Shown here: piece after piece, positions 1 to 10,874 of the stretch
How positions within the stretch are numbered: position 1 is the first letter of the stretch
Layout: each line of letters opens with the position of its first letter
Assembly: GCA_963737065.1 (NCBI GenBank)
Contig: CAVTRC010000001.1
Location: 1,184,001 to 1,248,000, forward strand
Reading direction: 5' to 3'
Origin: Candidatus Eremiobacteria bacterium
Lineage (GTDB): Bacteria > Vulcanimicrobiota > Vulcanimicrobiia > Vulcanimicrobiales > Vulcanimicrobiaceae
Length of the DNA stretch: 64,000 bases
Position numbers and translations under genes: made by a program
Notes under the pieces: generated by a model
What the model was told of the DNA's origin: nothing
Database searches by the model: none
Seen by the model: the letters and a program-made list of their open reading frames with translations, nothing else

Positions 1-95
1 ATTGGGGCGGCGGCGGGTTCGGCGGCGGTGATGTCGGCGGCGGAGGCGGCGGTTTCGGCGGCGGAGGCGGCGGCGACTCGGGCGGCGGTTGGTAG
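1..95 (+). CDS. 3' end of a gene with a Gly-rich tail (TPM/DUF2207-like C-terminus), truncated by the window start
   Basis: Frame 3 reads WGGGGFGGGDVGGGGGGFGGGGGGDSGGGW*, with TAG at 93-95. Confidence 0.6.
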   Translation, partial: WGGGGFGGGDVGGGGGGFGGGGGGDSGGGW

Positions 96-186
96 GCTTT
101 ATCGGTCAAAGCTGAAGCTTTGCCCGCTAAAGCCGCCTAATATGCAAACAAAGGACGTTCGTTTTGTCAGCGAACGTCCTTTTACC

Positions 187-2410
187 ATGAAGACACCGCT
201 GTTTCTCGGCGTCGTCGCATTTGCGTGTATCGCAGCGATGGGCGCGGGTCTCGCTCAACAAAACTTTCCGCCGTCGCCTCCGCCGTTGCCGTCACCGTCG
301 CCGGCGAGCGACACGTACTTCGGAAGCACGGTAAACGATCCGTACCGGTACATGGAAAACATGAGCGATCCGACGGTCGTCAATTTCTTCAAAGAGCAAA
401 ACGCTTACACGCGTTCCGTGCTCGCCGCGCTCGGGACGCCGCGCGATCAGCTCTTCAATCGCATTGCCGCGCTCGATAAAACGGTACCGACCGTCGCCGC
501 GCTACAGATTGCGGGACCGTATTACTACTATTTGAAGCAAGAGCCGACGGCGAACACTGCCAAGCTCTACGTGCGCCGTCGCAGCGGCGGAGCGGAACGC
601 ATTCTTGTCGATCCCGACAAGCTCGCCGCCGCGACCTCCGGCAAACACTATACGATCAATTACTTTACGCCGTCGCTCGACGGCTCGTACGTCGCGTACG
701 GCATTTCCGAAGGCGGTTCGGAAAACGCCGTGATTCATGTCGTCAGCGCGACCGGGCGCGCATTGCCCGATCAGATCGACCGCGCGCTCTTCGTCGGCGT
801 GACGAGTTGGCTTCCCGACGGCAGATCGTTTTACTACGTGCGCTTTCCGCAATTGAAACCAGGCGAACCGGACACGATGAAAGAGACGCGCGCGGTCAAT
901 TATCTGCACGTGCTCGGGCGCGATCCCTCAAAAGACCCGGCCGTGTTCGGATACAACGTAAATCCGTCGTTGCATTTCGATCTGACCGATTTTCCGATCG
1001 TGCAATACTCGGAAGCAACGCATCGAACCTACGGCGTCATCGTGCACGGCGTGAAAAACGAGTTCGATGCTTATCTTGCAACGTCGCGCGTTACGTCGCC
1101 GCAAGCGACGTGGAAGCAGATCGCAACAACCGCGGACGACGTGACGAACATAACGGACGCGGGCAGCACGATTTATTTCCTGACACACAAAGAACGCATC
1201 GACCTTCAAAGTCGTTGCGAGCACGTTTGCGGCGCCCGGTGTCGACTCCGGCCACGTCGTAATTCCGGCGGGCAAAGAAGTCATCGAATCGCTCGGCCCG
1301 GCTGCCGACGGCCTCTACGTGCAGTCGCGCGAAGGCGGGTTCGGACGCGTTCGAAAGTACGTTCTTACTCCTACGGGCATGCCGAGCGGCAAAATCGTGC
1401 CGGCAACATTGCCGTTCGACGGCACCGTGGCGGGAATGCAAACGGATCCGACCGTTCCCGGCGCCGTCTTCTCGCTGACGTCATGGACGCGCTCGTCGCA
1501 AATCTACCGCGTTAATCCAAACGGCACCATTACAAACACGAATCTCAAACCACTCGCTCCGGTCGATATGTCGGGTTACACGTCGAGCGAAGTTCAGGCG
1601 AAAAGCGAAGACGGCACGATGGTTCCGCTTTCGATCGTCTACAAGAAAGACATCGCGCTCGACGGTTCCCATCCGACATACCTCGAGGGTTACGGTTCGT
1701 ACGGGATCGTCATCAATCCGTCGTTCAGCACAACGCGGCTTGCGTGGCTCGAACGTGGTGGCGTCTTCGCCGTTTGTCACGTCCGCGGCGGCGGGTGGTA
1801 CGGCGAAGACTGGCATCGAGCAGGAATGATCTCAACGAAGCATCACACGTGGGAAGACTTCGTCGCGTGCGGGCAATATTTGATCGATCACAAGTACACG
1901 TCGCCTGAACACCTTGCCGGCGAAGGCACGAGCGCCGGCGGCATTACGATCGGCCGTGCAATCACCGCGCGCCCCGATCTCTTCGCTGCCGCCCTCGACG
2001 TCGTCGGCGCAAGCAATGCATTGCGCATGGAGTTCTCACCGAATGGACCTCCGAACGTTCCGGAGTTCGGCACGGTGAAGGACGAAACCGGATTCAAAGC
2101 ATTGCAGGAAATGGACGCCTATCAACACGTCGTCAAAGGTACGAAATATCCAGCGGTAATGCTGATCACGGGATACAACGACCCGCGCGTGTCATCGTGG
2201 GAACTTGCGAAGATGACGGCGGCGCTGCAAGCGGCGACTGCGAGCGGACGCCCGATTCTGCTTCGCGTCGACTACGACGCCGGGCACGGCTTCCTCGCGG
2301 CTTCTCGCACACAAAGCGAACAGCTGCTCACCGATGAATACTCGTTCTTGCTGTGGCAGACGGGTGATCCGGCCTTCGCATCGGTGCCGACCAACGTGTT
2401 CAAATACTAG
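187..2410 (+). CDS. Secreted prolyl oligopeptidase (S9A), split by a +1 frameshift near 1190
   Basis: Signal peptide MKTPLFLG..., DPYRYME motif and beta-propeller in ORF 28..1515. Catalytic domain (GYGSYG, VRGGG, GTSAGG, NDPRV, AGHG) in ORF 1319..2410. Removing one A in cacaaagaac joins the two frames. Confidence 0.88.
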
Positions 2411-2416
2411 CGGACG

Positions 2417-2887
2417 TCATCGTCCTGTTCCGAGCGCAAGCGTCGTCGACGTTGCGGCAAAGCGCGCGTTCTTTTTGATTGCATCGAGGAAGTGCGCGAG
2501 CTCTTTCGACGATCGCGCGCGTACTTTCGCGAACAAACACCAGTCGCCGGTGATCGCATAGCATTCTTCGACGACTGCGCCGTCGCACGAGAAGCCGTTC
2601 ACGACTTGCGTGCCTTCATCGCACGTGCCCATCGCGGTGCGCACGTTGACGAACGCAAGAATCGGGTAGCCCAGCGATTCCCAATCGACGACGATGGTGT
2701 AGCCGAGAAGAACGCCCAGCGATTCCAAACGCCGGATTCGCTCCCGCACCGCGGGACGTGAGAGGGCAAGCACGCGGGAGAGGTCTTCTTGGCTCGTCCT
2801 CGCGTTCGCGCGAAGTGCCGCGAGCAGCCCTAGGTCCACATCATCGAGTTTCCGATTCGACGGAACCGCGGGGGCAGTACTGAGCAT
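2417..2887 (-). CDS. Lrp/AsnC family transcriptional regulator
   Basis: LDDVDLGLLAALRANAR...ERIRRLESLGVLLGY HTH and ECYAITGDWC ligand domain. Divergent from the EamA gene. Confidence 0.9.
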   Translation of the reverse strand: MLSTAPAVPSNRKLDDVDLGLLAALRANARTSQEDLSRVLALSRPAVRERIRRLESLGVLLGYTIVVDWESLGYPILAFVNVRTAMGTCDEGTQVVNGFSCDGAVVEECYAITGDWCLFAKVRARSSKELAHFLDAIKKNARFAATSTTLALGTGR

Positions 2888-2980
2888 AACCAACCTCTTA
2901 GCTTCCGAAACGGAGGACTTTCGTCGCCTCGTGTACTGTTTCGAAAACTCCGGACGATGTTTGGTTTCAGAAGGTAAATA

Positions 2981-3911
2981 ATGCGCCGGCTATCCGTCTC
3001 GAGCGCGCTGCCCTGGGTGGCGCTCATGACCGTGTGGATTCTCTGGGGTTCTACGTATCTCGGCATCCGCGTCGCGGTTGAAACCATTCCACCGTTTCTC
3101 ATGGCCGGCGTGCGGTACATCATCGCCGGCTTGATTCTTACGGGCGCGATGCTGCTGTGGAAGCGCGACCTGCTCTCCCAGTTGCGAGCGCCGCAGTGGC
3201 GTTCGTTGACGATGACGGCGTTCTTGTTGCTCGGCATCGGTAACGGGTTCTTATGCTATGCCGAAACGACGGTGCAATCGGGCATCGCCGCAATCGTCGT
3301 CGCGACGGTTCCGATTTGGATGGTCATTATCGCCGCCGTCGTTTCGCGCACCGGCATCACCGCCGGTTCCGCGGTGGGATTGGCGCTCGGTACCATCGGT
3401 ATCGGCGCACTGGCCGGCGTTCCGGGCGCCGGCGTCCCGTTCGTTCCAACGATCATGATGCTCGTCGGTTCGTTCTCGTGGGCGCTGGGTTCGGTGTACG
3501 CCAGGCGGGATGCCGAATTGCGGACGAACCCGCTGATTCCCGCGCTCGAAATGTTCATCGGCGGCATTATTCTGACGATCATGGGCTTGGTTTTCGGTGA
3601 ATTCGCACAGCTCGATATTCACGCGATCACCGGCGCCTCCGCCGGCGGCTTCTTGTGGCTCGTCGGTCCCGGCGCGCTCGTGGGATACACGGCGTATAAC
3701 TATGCCGTGCGCAAACTACCGACGCATATCGTTGCGACGTACGGTTACGTGAATCCGATCGTTGCCGTTGCGCTCGGCGGCATGGCTGCTGCACGAACCG
3801 ATTACGCTCAACGTGATCGTCGGCGGTGCCGCAATCGTGCTCGCGGTCGTTGCGATTCTCAAGTCGCCGAAATCGGCCAAACGCGAAGTCAAAGGCCAAC
3901 TCGCCGCATAG
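2981..3911 (+). CDS. EamA/DMT family transporter, +1 frameshift near 3780
   Basis: VWILWGSTYLGIR and YGYVNPIVAVALG motifs. The alternative frame continues AWLLHEPITLNVIVGG... to TAG at 3909-3911. Confidence 0.88.
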
Positions 3912-3926
3912 CGCGTACCAGATGCT

Positions 3927-6900
3927 ATGCGACGATCGATCGGCGCGTCATTGTGCGCGTTACTTCTTGCACCCTGTGCCTTCTTCGCGGCATCTCCGGT
4001 CATTGCGGGTCCTGCTCGCGTGGAAGCGAGTGCGCTCAATGCACTCTCCTGGCGGCTCATTGGGCCGTTCCGCGGCGGTCGCGCGATTGCGGTAACCGGC
4101 GTCCCAGGCGAACCGGATCACTTTTACTTCGGCAGCGTCGACGGCGGCGTGTGGGAATCGGCGAACGCGGGGCGCACGTGGAGCCCGATTTTCGACGGTC
4201 AGAACATTGCGTCGATCGGCGCGATCGCGGTAGCGCCGAGCAATCCGAAGGTTCTCTACGTCGGCAGCGGTGAAGCCGATATGCGTTCCGATATTGCATA
4301 CGGCAACGGCATGTACAAGTCGGTCGACGGCGGGAAAACGTGGACGCACATCGGCTTGGACGATACGATGCAAATCGGTCGCATCGCCGTCGATCCGCGC
4401 GACGCGAACACCGCGTACGTCGCTGCGCTCGGTCATCAATACGCGCCGAACGCGCAACGCGGCGTTTTCAAAACGACGGACGGCGGCGCGACGTGGTCGA
4501 AGGTGCTGTTTAAAAACGACGATACCGGTGCCATTGATCTCGCGCTCGATCCGTCCCAACCGAACACGATCTACGCTTCGCTGTGGCAGACACGCCGTCC
4601 GCCGTGGAATGTCTATCCGCCGTCGAGCGGGCCGGGAGGCGGCGTGTATAAATCGATCGACGCCGGCAAGACGTGGACGCAGCTGACGAACGGCCTTCCG
4701 AAGCGTGTCGGTCATGTAGGCCTCTCCGTTGCGCCCTCGCAGCCCTCGCGCGTGTACGCGCAAGTCGACACCGGCAGCGACCTCACCGCCGGCGGTCTCT
4801 ATCGTTCCGATGACGCCGGAGCAACGTGGACGCATGTCAACGGCGGAAAGAAACAGCTGCGTCTCTGGCAACGCGGCTGGTACTTCGGCCAAGTCACGGT
4901 CGATCCGAAGAATCCCGACATCGTGTACGTCATGAACACGGCCACGTATCGTTCGGACGACGGCGGCAAAACGTTCGTTGCGATCAAAGGCTCGCCGGGA
5001 GGCGATGACTACCATGCGCTGTGGATCAATCCCGACGACCCGACGCATATGATTCTCGGTACCGATCAAGGCGTCGTCGTGTCGGTTGACCGAGCGCAGA
5101 CGTGGAGTTCATGGTACAACCAGCCGACGGCGCAAATTTATCACGTCGCAACGGATGAACGCTATCCATATTGGGTGTACGGTGCGCAACAAGACTCCGG
5201 TGCGATTGCGGTTCCCTCGCAAACGATCCACGAACACATCACTTCACAGGACTGGCGCCCGATGGATGTCGGCGGTGAAAGCGGCACGGTTGCGGCCGAT
5301 CCGCGCAACGACGGAAAGCTTTTCGGCGGCAATAGTTCCGGCGGCCCGGTAACCTATGAAGATCTCGCAACGGGATGGGAACAAAACATCGATGCGACGA
5401 CCGCGTACCCAGATGCCGTTTGGCGCGCGACGTGGACGTTGCCGGTCGTTGTATCACCCGTCGATCATGCGCTGTACACGACGAAGCAACGGGTGTTTCG
5501 CTCCGTCAATCGCGGCAAGACGTGGTCGATCGTCAGCCCCGATTTGACGCGTCAAGAAGCCGAAAATCATCCGGCAAACCTCGACGCGCCGACCCTTGCC
5601 GATTCCGGCGGTCTGCCGCATCGGGGCGTCGTCTATTCGCTTGCGCCCGCGCCGCGCGACGCCCGTACGGTATGGGCCGGTACGGACGACGGCAAAGTTT
5701 GGGTCACACACGACACGGGCGCGCACTGGACGGACATCACGCCGAAGTCGTTGACGGCCTGGAGCAAGGTCGGCACGATCGATCCTTCGATGCTCGATCC
5801 GCACACCGCGTACATTGCGGTCGACCGTCATCGCGTCAACGACTACCGTCCCTACATCTATCGCACGCACGATGACGGGCGAAGCTGGACGGCGATCGCA
5901 AACGGGATTCCGGACGGAAGCTTCGTAAACGTCGTCCGCGCCGACAAAGACGTGCATGGACTGCTCTACGCGGGAACCGAACGCGGAATCTACGTGTCGT
6001 TCGATGACGGCGCGCACTGGCAATCGTTCCAGCGCAATTTGCCCGTTACGTCGGTCCGCGACATCGACGTGCACGGAAACGATCTCGTCATCGCGACGCA
6101 CGGCCGCGGATTTTATATCATGGACGATATCGCGACGGTGCGTCAGGTCGCGCAGATGCAGCTGAGCGCGAATCATCTCTTCGCGCCGCAGCAAACGATT
6201 CGATTCCGCCGCGCGGGTGGCGTCGGCGGCGGGATCGCCGACGAAGGCACGCCGATCCAACCCGAAGAGCCGCAAGCTCCGAATCCGCCTGTCGGCATGT
6301 ACATCGACTACTACCTAAGCGGCGCGGCGCAAGGCGCGGTTTCGATCGACATCATCGGGCCACGCGGGCGCGTTTTACGTCACTACTCGAGCGCGACGCC
6401 TCAAACGCCGACGGATCCGTCGACGGTCGATATCGCACCGCGGTGGATTCCACCACCCGTGACGGTGCCAACCGATCCGGGTTCGCACCGCTTCGTGTGG
6501 GATTTTACAACACGGCATGATGGTGGACCGCTCGCACCGCCCGCAAACTACACCGTTCGTCTAACCGTCGGCGAGAAGGCGTATACGACAACCGCGCGGC
6601 TCGTTCGCGATCCGCGCAACGACACAACGGATGCGCAGCTGCACGAACAGTATGAGCTCGCGAATCAAATCGAGGACCGCATGAGTCAAGTTGAGGCGGC
6701 ACGTAAGCACGCCGAGGCGCTGCTGAATTCCGGCACGGTTACGGACGCGCAAAAGGCCGCGATTCGGCGGGATGTTCTTGGAGTTGCCGGCGGCGCTGCG
6801 TTCGGATCGTCCGCAGCGCCGGCCGCAACGAGCTTCTCGACGCTGTCGGCTTTGAACGACGCCTATGCGAGTCTCGAGATGGCGGTGGAAAGCGCGGACG

Positions 6901-6999
6901 CCCCGCCGACGCACGATCAAGACGTCGCGATTCGTAAAACTCGGCAAGATGCTCGACGCAGCCATCGCCAAACTCGCCAAAATCGCAGGCCCCAAGTAA
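3927..6999 (+). CDS. Secreted VPS10/BNR-repeat beta-propeller protein (glycosyl hydrolase-like)
   Basis: WRLIGPFRGGR N-terminus and many SxDGGxTW Asp-boxes. A probable +1 shift at ~6938 gives a C-terminus KLGKMLDAAIAKLAKIAGPK* at 6999; the ORF track ends at 7019. Confidence 0.85.
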
Positions 7000-7038
7000 C
7001 CGCGCCCGCGTCATCATGAACGCACAAACAGTCGGCGG

Positions 7039-7084
7039 TCCTTCGACAGGCTCAGGATGACAGAAGCATTGCTCAGGATGACAG
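7039..7084. repeat. REP-like intergenic element with a 14-bp direct repeat GCTCAGGATGACAG
   Basis: Copies at 7050-7063 and 7071-7084, the first preceded by CCTTCGACAG. Lies between convergent genes. Confidence 0.6.
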
Positions 7085-7089
7085 GGGCG

Positions 7090-8610
7090 TTAGCGGTTTG
7101 ATAACACGCGATCGTACCAGCGGGCGAGGTCGCCTTTGAATTGCACGAGCGCTTGCGGATTCAGATACACCATGTGGCCGGATTGGTAGAACCCGTAGGT
7201 GATGTGGCTCTGCAGCGCAGGCGCGAGGCCGAGGTGGTTGAGCGTATACTCCGTCGCGAAGAACGGCGTCGCGAAGTCGAAGTACCCATTACCGGAAAAA
7301 ACGTAGAGATGCGAATTCGTCGTCATCGCGCGCGCCAAATCGGGCGTGACGTTCGCCGGCGGATCCTCGTTGCCGCGTTTGAAGTCCCACTTCGCCCCGA
7401 GCTGGCCGCCATACGCCGTCGGGCGATACTGCAAGTTCGTGTGGTACTTGAGCGCTTGCGTCATGTAGTTCATGCCGAGCCCGACGAACGCACCGCTGAT
7501 ACCGACATCCGATGGATCCCACTCGGGAAAGTCCGAATTTGCATCGAGCGTGTACGTGGTGTACCGCGAATCGTAGCGTCCGATGATTTCGTCCTGATTG
7601 CGCAGCAGCGCACCTAAGAAGCGGAAGTAGGGAATGCGCAGGTTCGAATTGCGGATGTATTCGTCGGAAAGCCCCAGGTACGAATGCAGACGCGCGACGT
7701 CGTTGTTGTACTGCGCGGGACTGAGGTCGGCGCCTTGCGCGAGATCGTGCAAATACTCGCCGCCGGCGAAGGTTTCAACGCCGCGCAGGAACGATTGCAG
7801 GCTCTGACCCTGGCCCGCCTTGCGATGGAACCACGCCGCCGCTGCTTCAGTCGGCAGATACGTGACGTACGCCCAATCACCGCCGCCGATCGGATTGCCG
7901 CCCCCAAGTCCGCCGAGCCCGAAGTTGAGAATCGATGACAATAGGACGACGCCGTTCATTTGCACCCCGGCGTTCTGCAGCATGTTGACGAGCACGCAAT
8001 CGCGCGTGGTGCCGTAGCTTTCGCCGAAGAGAAACTTTGGCGAATTCCAGCGGCCGAATTGCGTGATGTAACGCTCGATGAACTGCGTAAACGCACGTCC
8101 GTCCTGATCGACGCCCATGAAGTCCTTGGGTGTCCCGGCGCCCATGACGCGGCTCCATCCGGTGTTCGGGGCATCGATGAAGACTTCGTCCGTCTTGTCG
8201 ATCAGGCTGTAGTTGTTTTGGATCAGCTTGAATGGCGCATTGGGAATGCCTTTGTCGTTGGACGTTTGCACGCGCAGCGGTGCAAACGATCCCATGCGCA
8301 ACCAGATCGTCGAGCTTCCGGGGCCGCCGTTATAGAAAAACGTGACCGGACGCGTGCGCCGATCAGCGCCGTCTTTCGTAAACGCGGTGTAGAACATCCG
8401 CGCGGTGATTTGTTCCTTATCGTTACGCAACGTGATCATGCCGGCGCGGGCCGTGTACGGAATGCTTACGCCACCGACGTGCGCGACGGCGTGCGTGACC
8501 GAATCCGGTGGTGCCGGCGTGACCGGTTGCGGTTTATCGGCGGGCGCGGCCGCGATAAGCAGCGCGGCCGAGAGCGAGGCAGCGAGTATGCGAAGACCCT
8601 TCATCTGCAT
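7090..8610 (-). CDS. Serine carboxypeptidase, S10 family (secreted)
   Basis: FYNGGPGSS, GESYGTTR, GYFDFATPF and GHMVY motifs plus a signal peptide. Confidence 0.93.
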   Translation of the reverse strand: MQMKGLRILAASLSAALLIAAAPADKPQPVTPAPPDSVTHAVAHVGGVSIPYTARAGMITLRNDKEQITARMFYTAFTKDGADRRTRPVTFFYNGGPGSSTIWLRMGSFAPLRVQTSNDKGIPNAPFKLIQNNYSLIDKTDEVFIDAPNTGWSRVMGAGTPKDFMGVDQDGRAFTQFIERYITQFGRWNSPKFLFGESYGTTRDCVLVNMLQNAGVQMNGVVLLSSILNFGLGGLGGGNPIGGGDWAYVTYLPTEAAAAWFHRKAGQGQSLQSFLRGVETFAGGEYLHDLAQGADLSPAQYNNDVARLHSYLGLSDEYIRNSNLRIPYFRFLGALLRNQDEIIGRYDSRYTTYTLDANSDFPEWDPSDVGISGAFVGLGMNYMTQALKYHTNLQYRPTAYGGQLGAKWDFKRGNEDPPANVTPDLARAMTTNSHLYVFSGNGYFDFATPFFATEYTLNHLGLAPALQSHITYGFYQSGHMVYLNPQALVQFKGDLARWYDRVLSNR

Positions 8611-8615
8611 GCCTC

Positions 8616-10166
8616 CTATCGTCCCAGCGCGCCGTCATAGAAGCGCGCGAGATCCCTCTTGTACTGCGCTAAGGCCGTATCGCTCAAATAAATCATGTGT
8701 CCCGCATCGTAGAAGCCATAGGTGATGTTCGTCTGCAGCCCCGGATTCAAGTTGAGATGGCGCAGCGTGTATTCGGTTGCGAAGAAAGGCGTTGCAAAAT
8801 CATAGTAGCCGTTTGCGGAGAACACGTGGAGACGCGGATTTTGCGTCATCGCGTCCGCCAAGTCGGGTGCAACGTTCGTCGGATACCGGCCGTCATGCGA
8901 GAAATCCCACGAGCTGCCGTTGGAGTAGATGATCTCGTAAATGTTCGGACGGTACGGGATCGGCGGATTGTATTTGAGATCGTTGCGAAGATACGCGTTG
9001 ATCGCGGTCGTGTAGGGAGCGTCGATCGACGAGTCGGTCGGATCCCAATCGGGACCGGAGTACGCGGCGCGGTCGAGATCGTAGGTCTGATAGCGGCTAT
9101 CGAGGCGACCGACAATGATACCTTGGTCGCGAAGGAGTTCGCGCTGGAACTTATCGTACGAAACCCGCAGATCCGCGTTGCGGATATATTGTTGCGGCAG
9201 GCCCAAGAAATTGCTCAGCTTGCGGACGACGTCGTCGCGTTCGCCATTCGTAATTTTATCGCCCCGATACAATGCGTGGAGATACTCGCCAAGCGCAAAG
9301 TCACGCGATTGTTGGACGAACGTCGCGACGTCGGCCGGACGGTTCGGGACCTTGTTGTGATACCACGCGGTCGCCGCTTCGGTCGGCAGATAGAGCACGT
9401 ACGGCCAGTCGCCGCCGCCGATCGGATCGCCGTTCCCGTAATCCAGTCCGAAGTTGAGAATCGACGATTGCAGCACAACGCCGTTGAGCGCAATCCCGTG
9501 ATTGAGGAGCCAATCCGCGAGTCCGGCCGAACGCGTCGTGCCGTAGCTTTCACCAAAAATGAATTTCGGTGAATTCCACCGGTTGAATTCGCTCAGATAA
9601 TTGCTGATGAATTGTCCGAAGCCGTCGATGTCTTGGTCGACACCGAAATACTCCTTTTCCTTACCGGACGCGATGCGGCCGAATCCCGAATCCGGCATGT
9701 CGATAAAAACGAGATCGCTCTTATCGAGCAGCGTGTACGGATTGCTGGAGAGCGTGTAGGGCGGCGGTCCCGACGCGGCCGCATTGGCGGCATGAACGCG
9801 AACCGGTCCGATCGATCCCATCCGCAGCCACATCGTCGAACTTCCCGGTCCGCCGTTGTAGATGAACGTCACCGGTTGTGTGAGCGGGTTGGCTGCGTCG
9901 ACGGTGTAGGCGGTGTAGAAAACGCGCGCCGTTATTTGGTTGTTGGTATCATGTAGAGGAATCGTACCGGCACGCGCAGTGTACGCGATGGTCTTTCCGT
10001 CGACGACCACGGTATGCGGAGTGGTGACGTCGGGATACGCCGGAAGTTCTGACGATTGAGCGGCGGGGGCCGGTGTTGCCGCAGCGGCCGGTGGATCGGC
10101 AGCACGCGCAGCGACAGACACGCCTGCAAACGCCGCGATCAACAGCAAGGAAATCGCACGATTCAT
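8616..10166 (-). CDS. Serine carboxypeptidase, S10 family (tandem paralog)
   Basis: IYNGGPGSS, GESYGTTR, GYYDFATPF and GHMIY motifs plus a signal peptide. Confidence 0.93.
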   Translation of the reverse strand: MNRAISLLLIAAFAGVSVAARAADPPAAAATPAPAAQSSELPAYPDVTTPHTVVVDGKTIAYTARAGTIPLHDTNNQITARVFYTAYTVDAANPLTQPVTFIYNGGPGSSTMWLRMGSIGPVRVHAANAAASGPPPYTLSSNPYTLLDKSDLVFIDMPDSGFGRIASGKEKEYFGVDQDIDGFGQFISNYLSEFNRWNSPKFIFGESYGTTRSAGLADWLLNHGIALNGVVLQSSILNFGLDYGNGDPIGGGDWPYVLYLPTEAATAWYHNKVPNRPADVATFVQQSRDFALGEYLHALYRGDKITNGERDDVVRKLSNFLGLPQQYIRNADLRVSYDKFQRELLRDQGIIVGRLDSRYQTYDLDRAAYSGPDWDPTDSSIDAPYTTAINAYLRNDLKYNPPIPYRPNIYEIIYSNGSSWDFSHDGRYPTNVAPDLADAMTQNPRLHVFSANGYYDFATPFFATEYTLRHLNLNPGLQTNITYGFYDAGHMIYLSDTALAQYKRDLARFYDGALGR

Positions 10167-10199
10167 ACCGTCTAATCGTGCGACGCGGCGTTGCTTCCT

Positions 10200-10475
10200 T
10201 CAGGCCAATATTGTGGCATCAGGCGCAATCGGCGCCTCGTCAGGTGTAAAGAGCGTTTCCTCGGCTGCGATCTCGTTCGGAACGTATAGCACGTTTTCAT
10301 GACCGTTCGAACAATAGATCGCAACGGTCATCTCTTCAGGAGGCTCCTCTTCGGAGAAATTCAGCGCTTCGCCGCCCGCATCGACGAGAAACGAGCGCGA
10401 GCCGGCCGCCGCGAGCAGCTCGTTGCACTGCCCGCAGCGCAGTTCACGAAGATGAACCAGCGCCAGAAAGGGCAT
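10200..10475 (-). CDS. Small acidic hypothetical protein with a possible zinc ribbon
   Basis: CGQC...CSNGH motif, 91 aa, in a same-strand gene string. Confidence 0.65.
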   Translation of the reverse strand: MPFLALVHLRELRCGQCNELLAAAGSRSFLVDAGGEALNFSEEEPPEEMTVAIYCSNGHENVLYVPNEIAAEETLFTPDEAPIAPDATILA

Positions 10476-10851
10476 GTTGCGGACCGGGCTGATAGAGTTC
10501 GAGCTTCAGGCGCCCGACGGCACGCTCGATTGACTCGAGATACGGCAGCATCGAACCTTTGATGCGCATCAGCCGTTCGTCGCCGGCCGGCGTAATCGCG
10601 TAGACGCGGCGCGAACGCTTCGTCGGATGATCCCAGGTCGCCGTAACGAACCCGCGCTCTTCGAGGCGGCGCAGAAGCGGATAGATCTTGTTGGTGTTGA
10701 CCGCGACGAGATCGCCGCAGATCGACTCTATGCGTTGCATCAGGCCGTATCCGTGGTCCGGCTGCTCTTTGATCAGATGCAGAAGCAGCACGGGAAAGAG
10801 CGTCTTGCTCTTAATCGGACCGCGCAGAACTTCGTCGACGCGTCTAGACAT
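10444..10851 (-). CDS. PadR family transcriptional regulator
   Basis: HGYGLMQRI...IYPLLRRLEERGFV...RRVYAITPAG winged HTH. Confidence 0.9.
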   Translation of the reverse strand: MSRRVDEVLRGPIKSKTLFPVLLLHLIKEQPDHGYGLMQRIESICGDLVAVNTNKIYPLLRRLEERGFVTATWDHPTKRSRRVYAITPAGDERLMRIKGSMLPYLESIERAVGRLKLELYQPGPQHALSGAGSSS

Positions 10852-10874
10852 TGTGATGACGCAATTCCTTGGCG

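Noticed and set aside
1..95. GGC-rich tandem repeat
   Set aside because: It is the coding sequence of a Gly-rich protein tail, not an independent repeat element.
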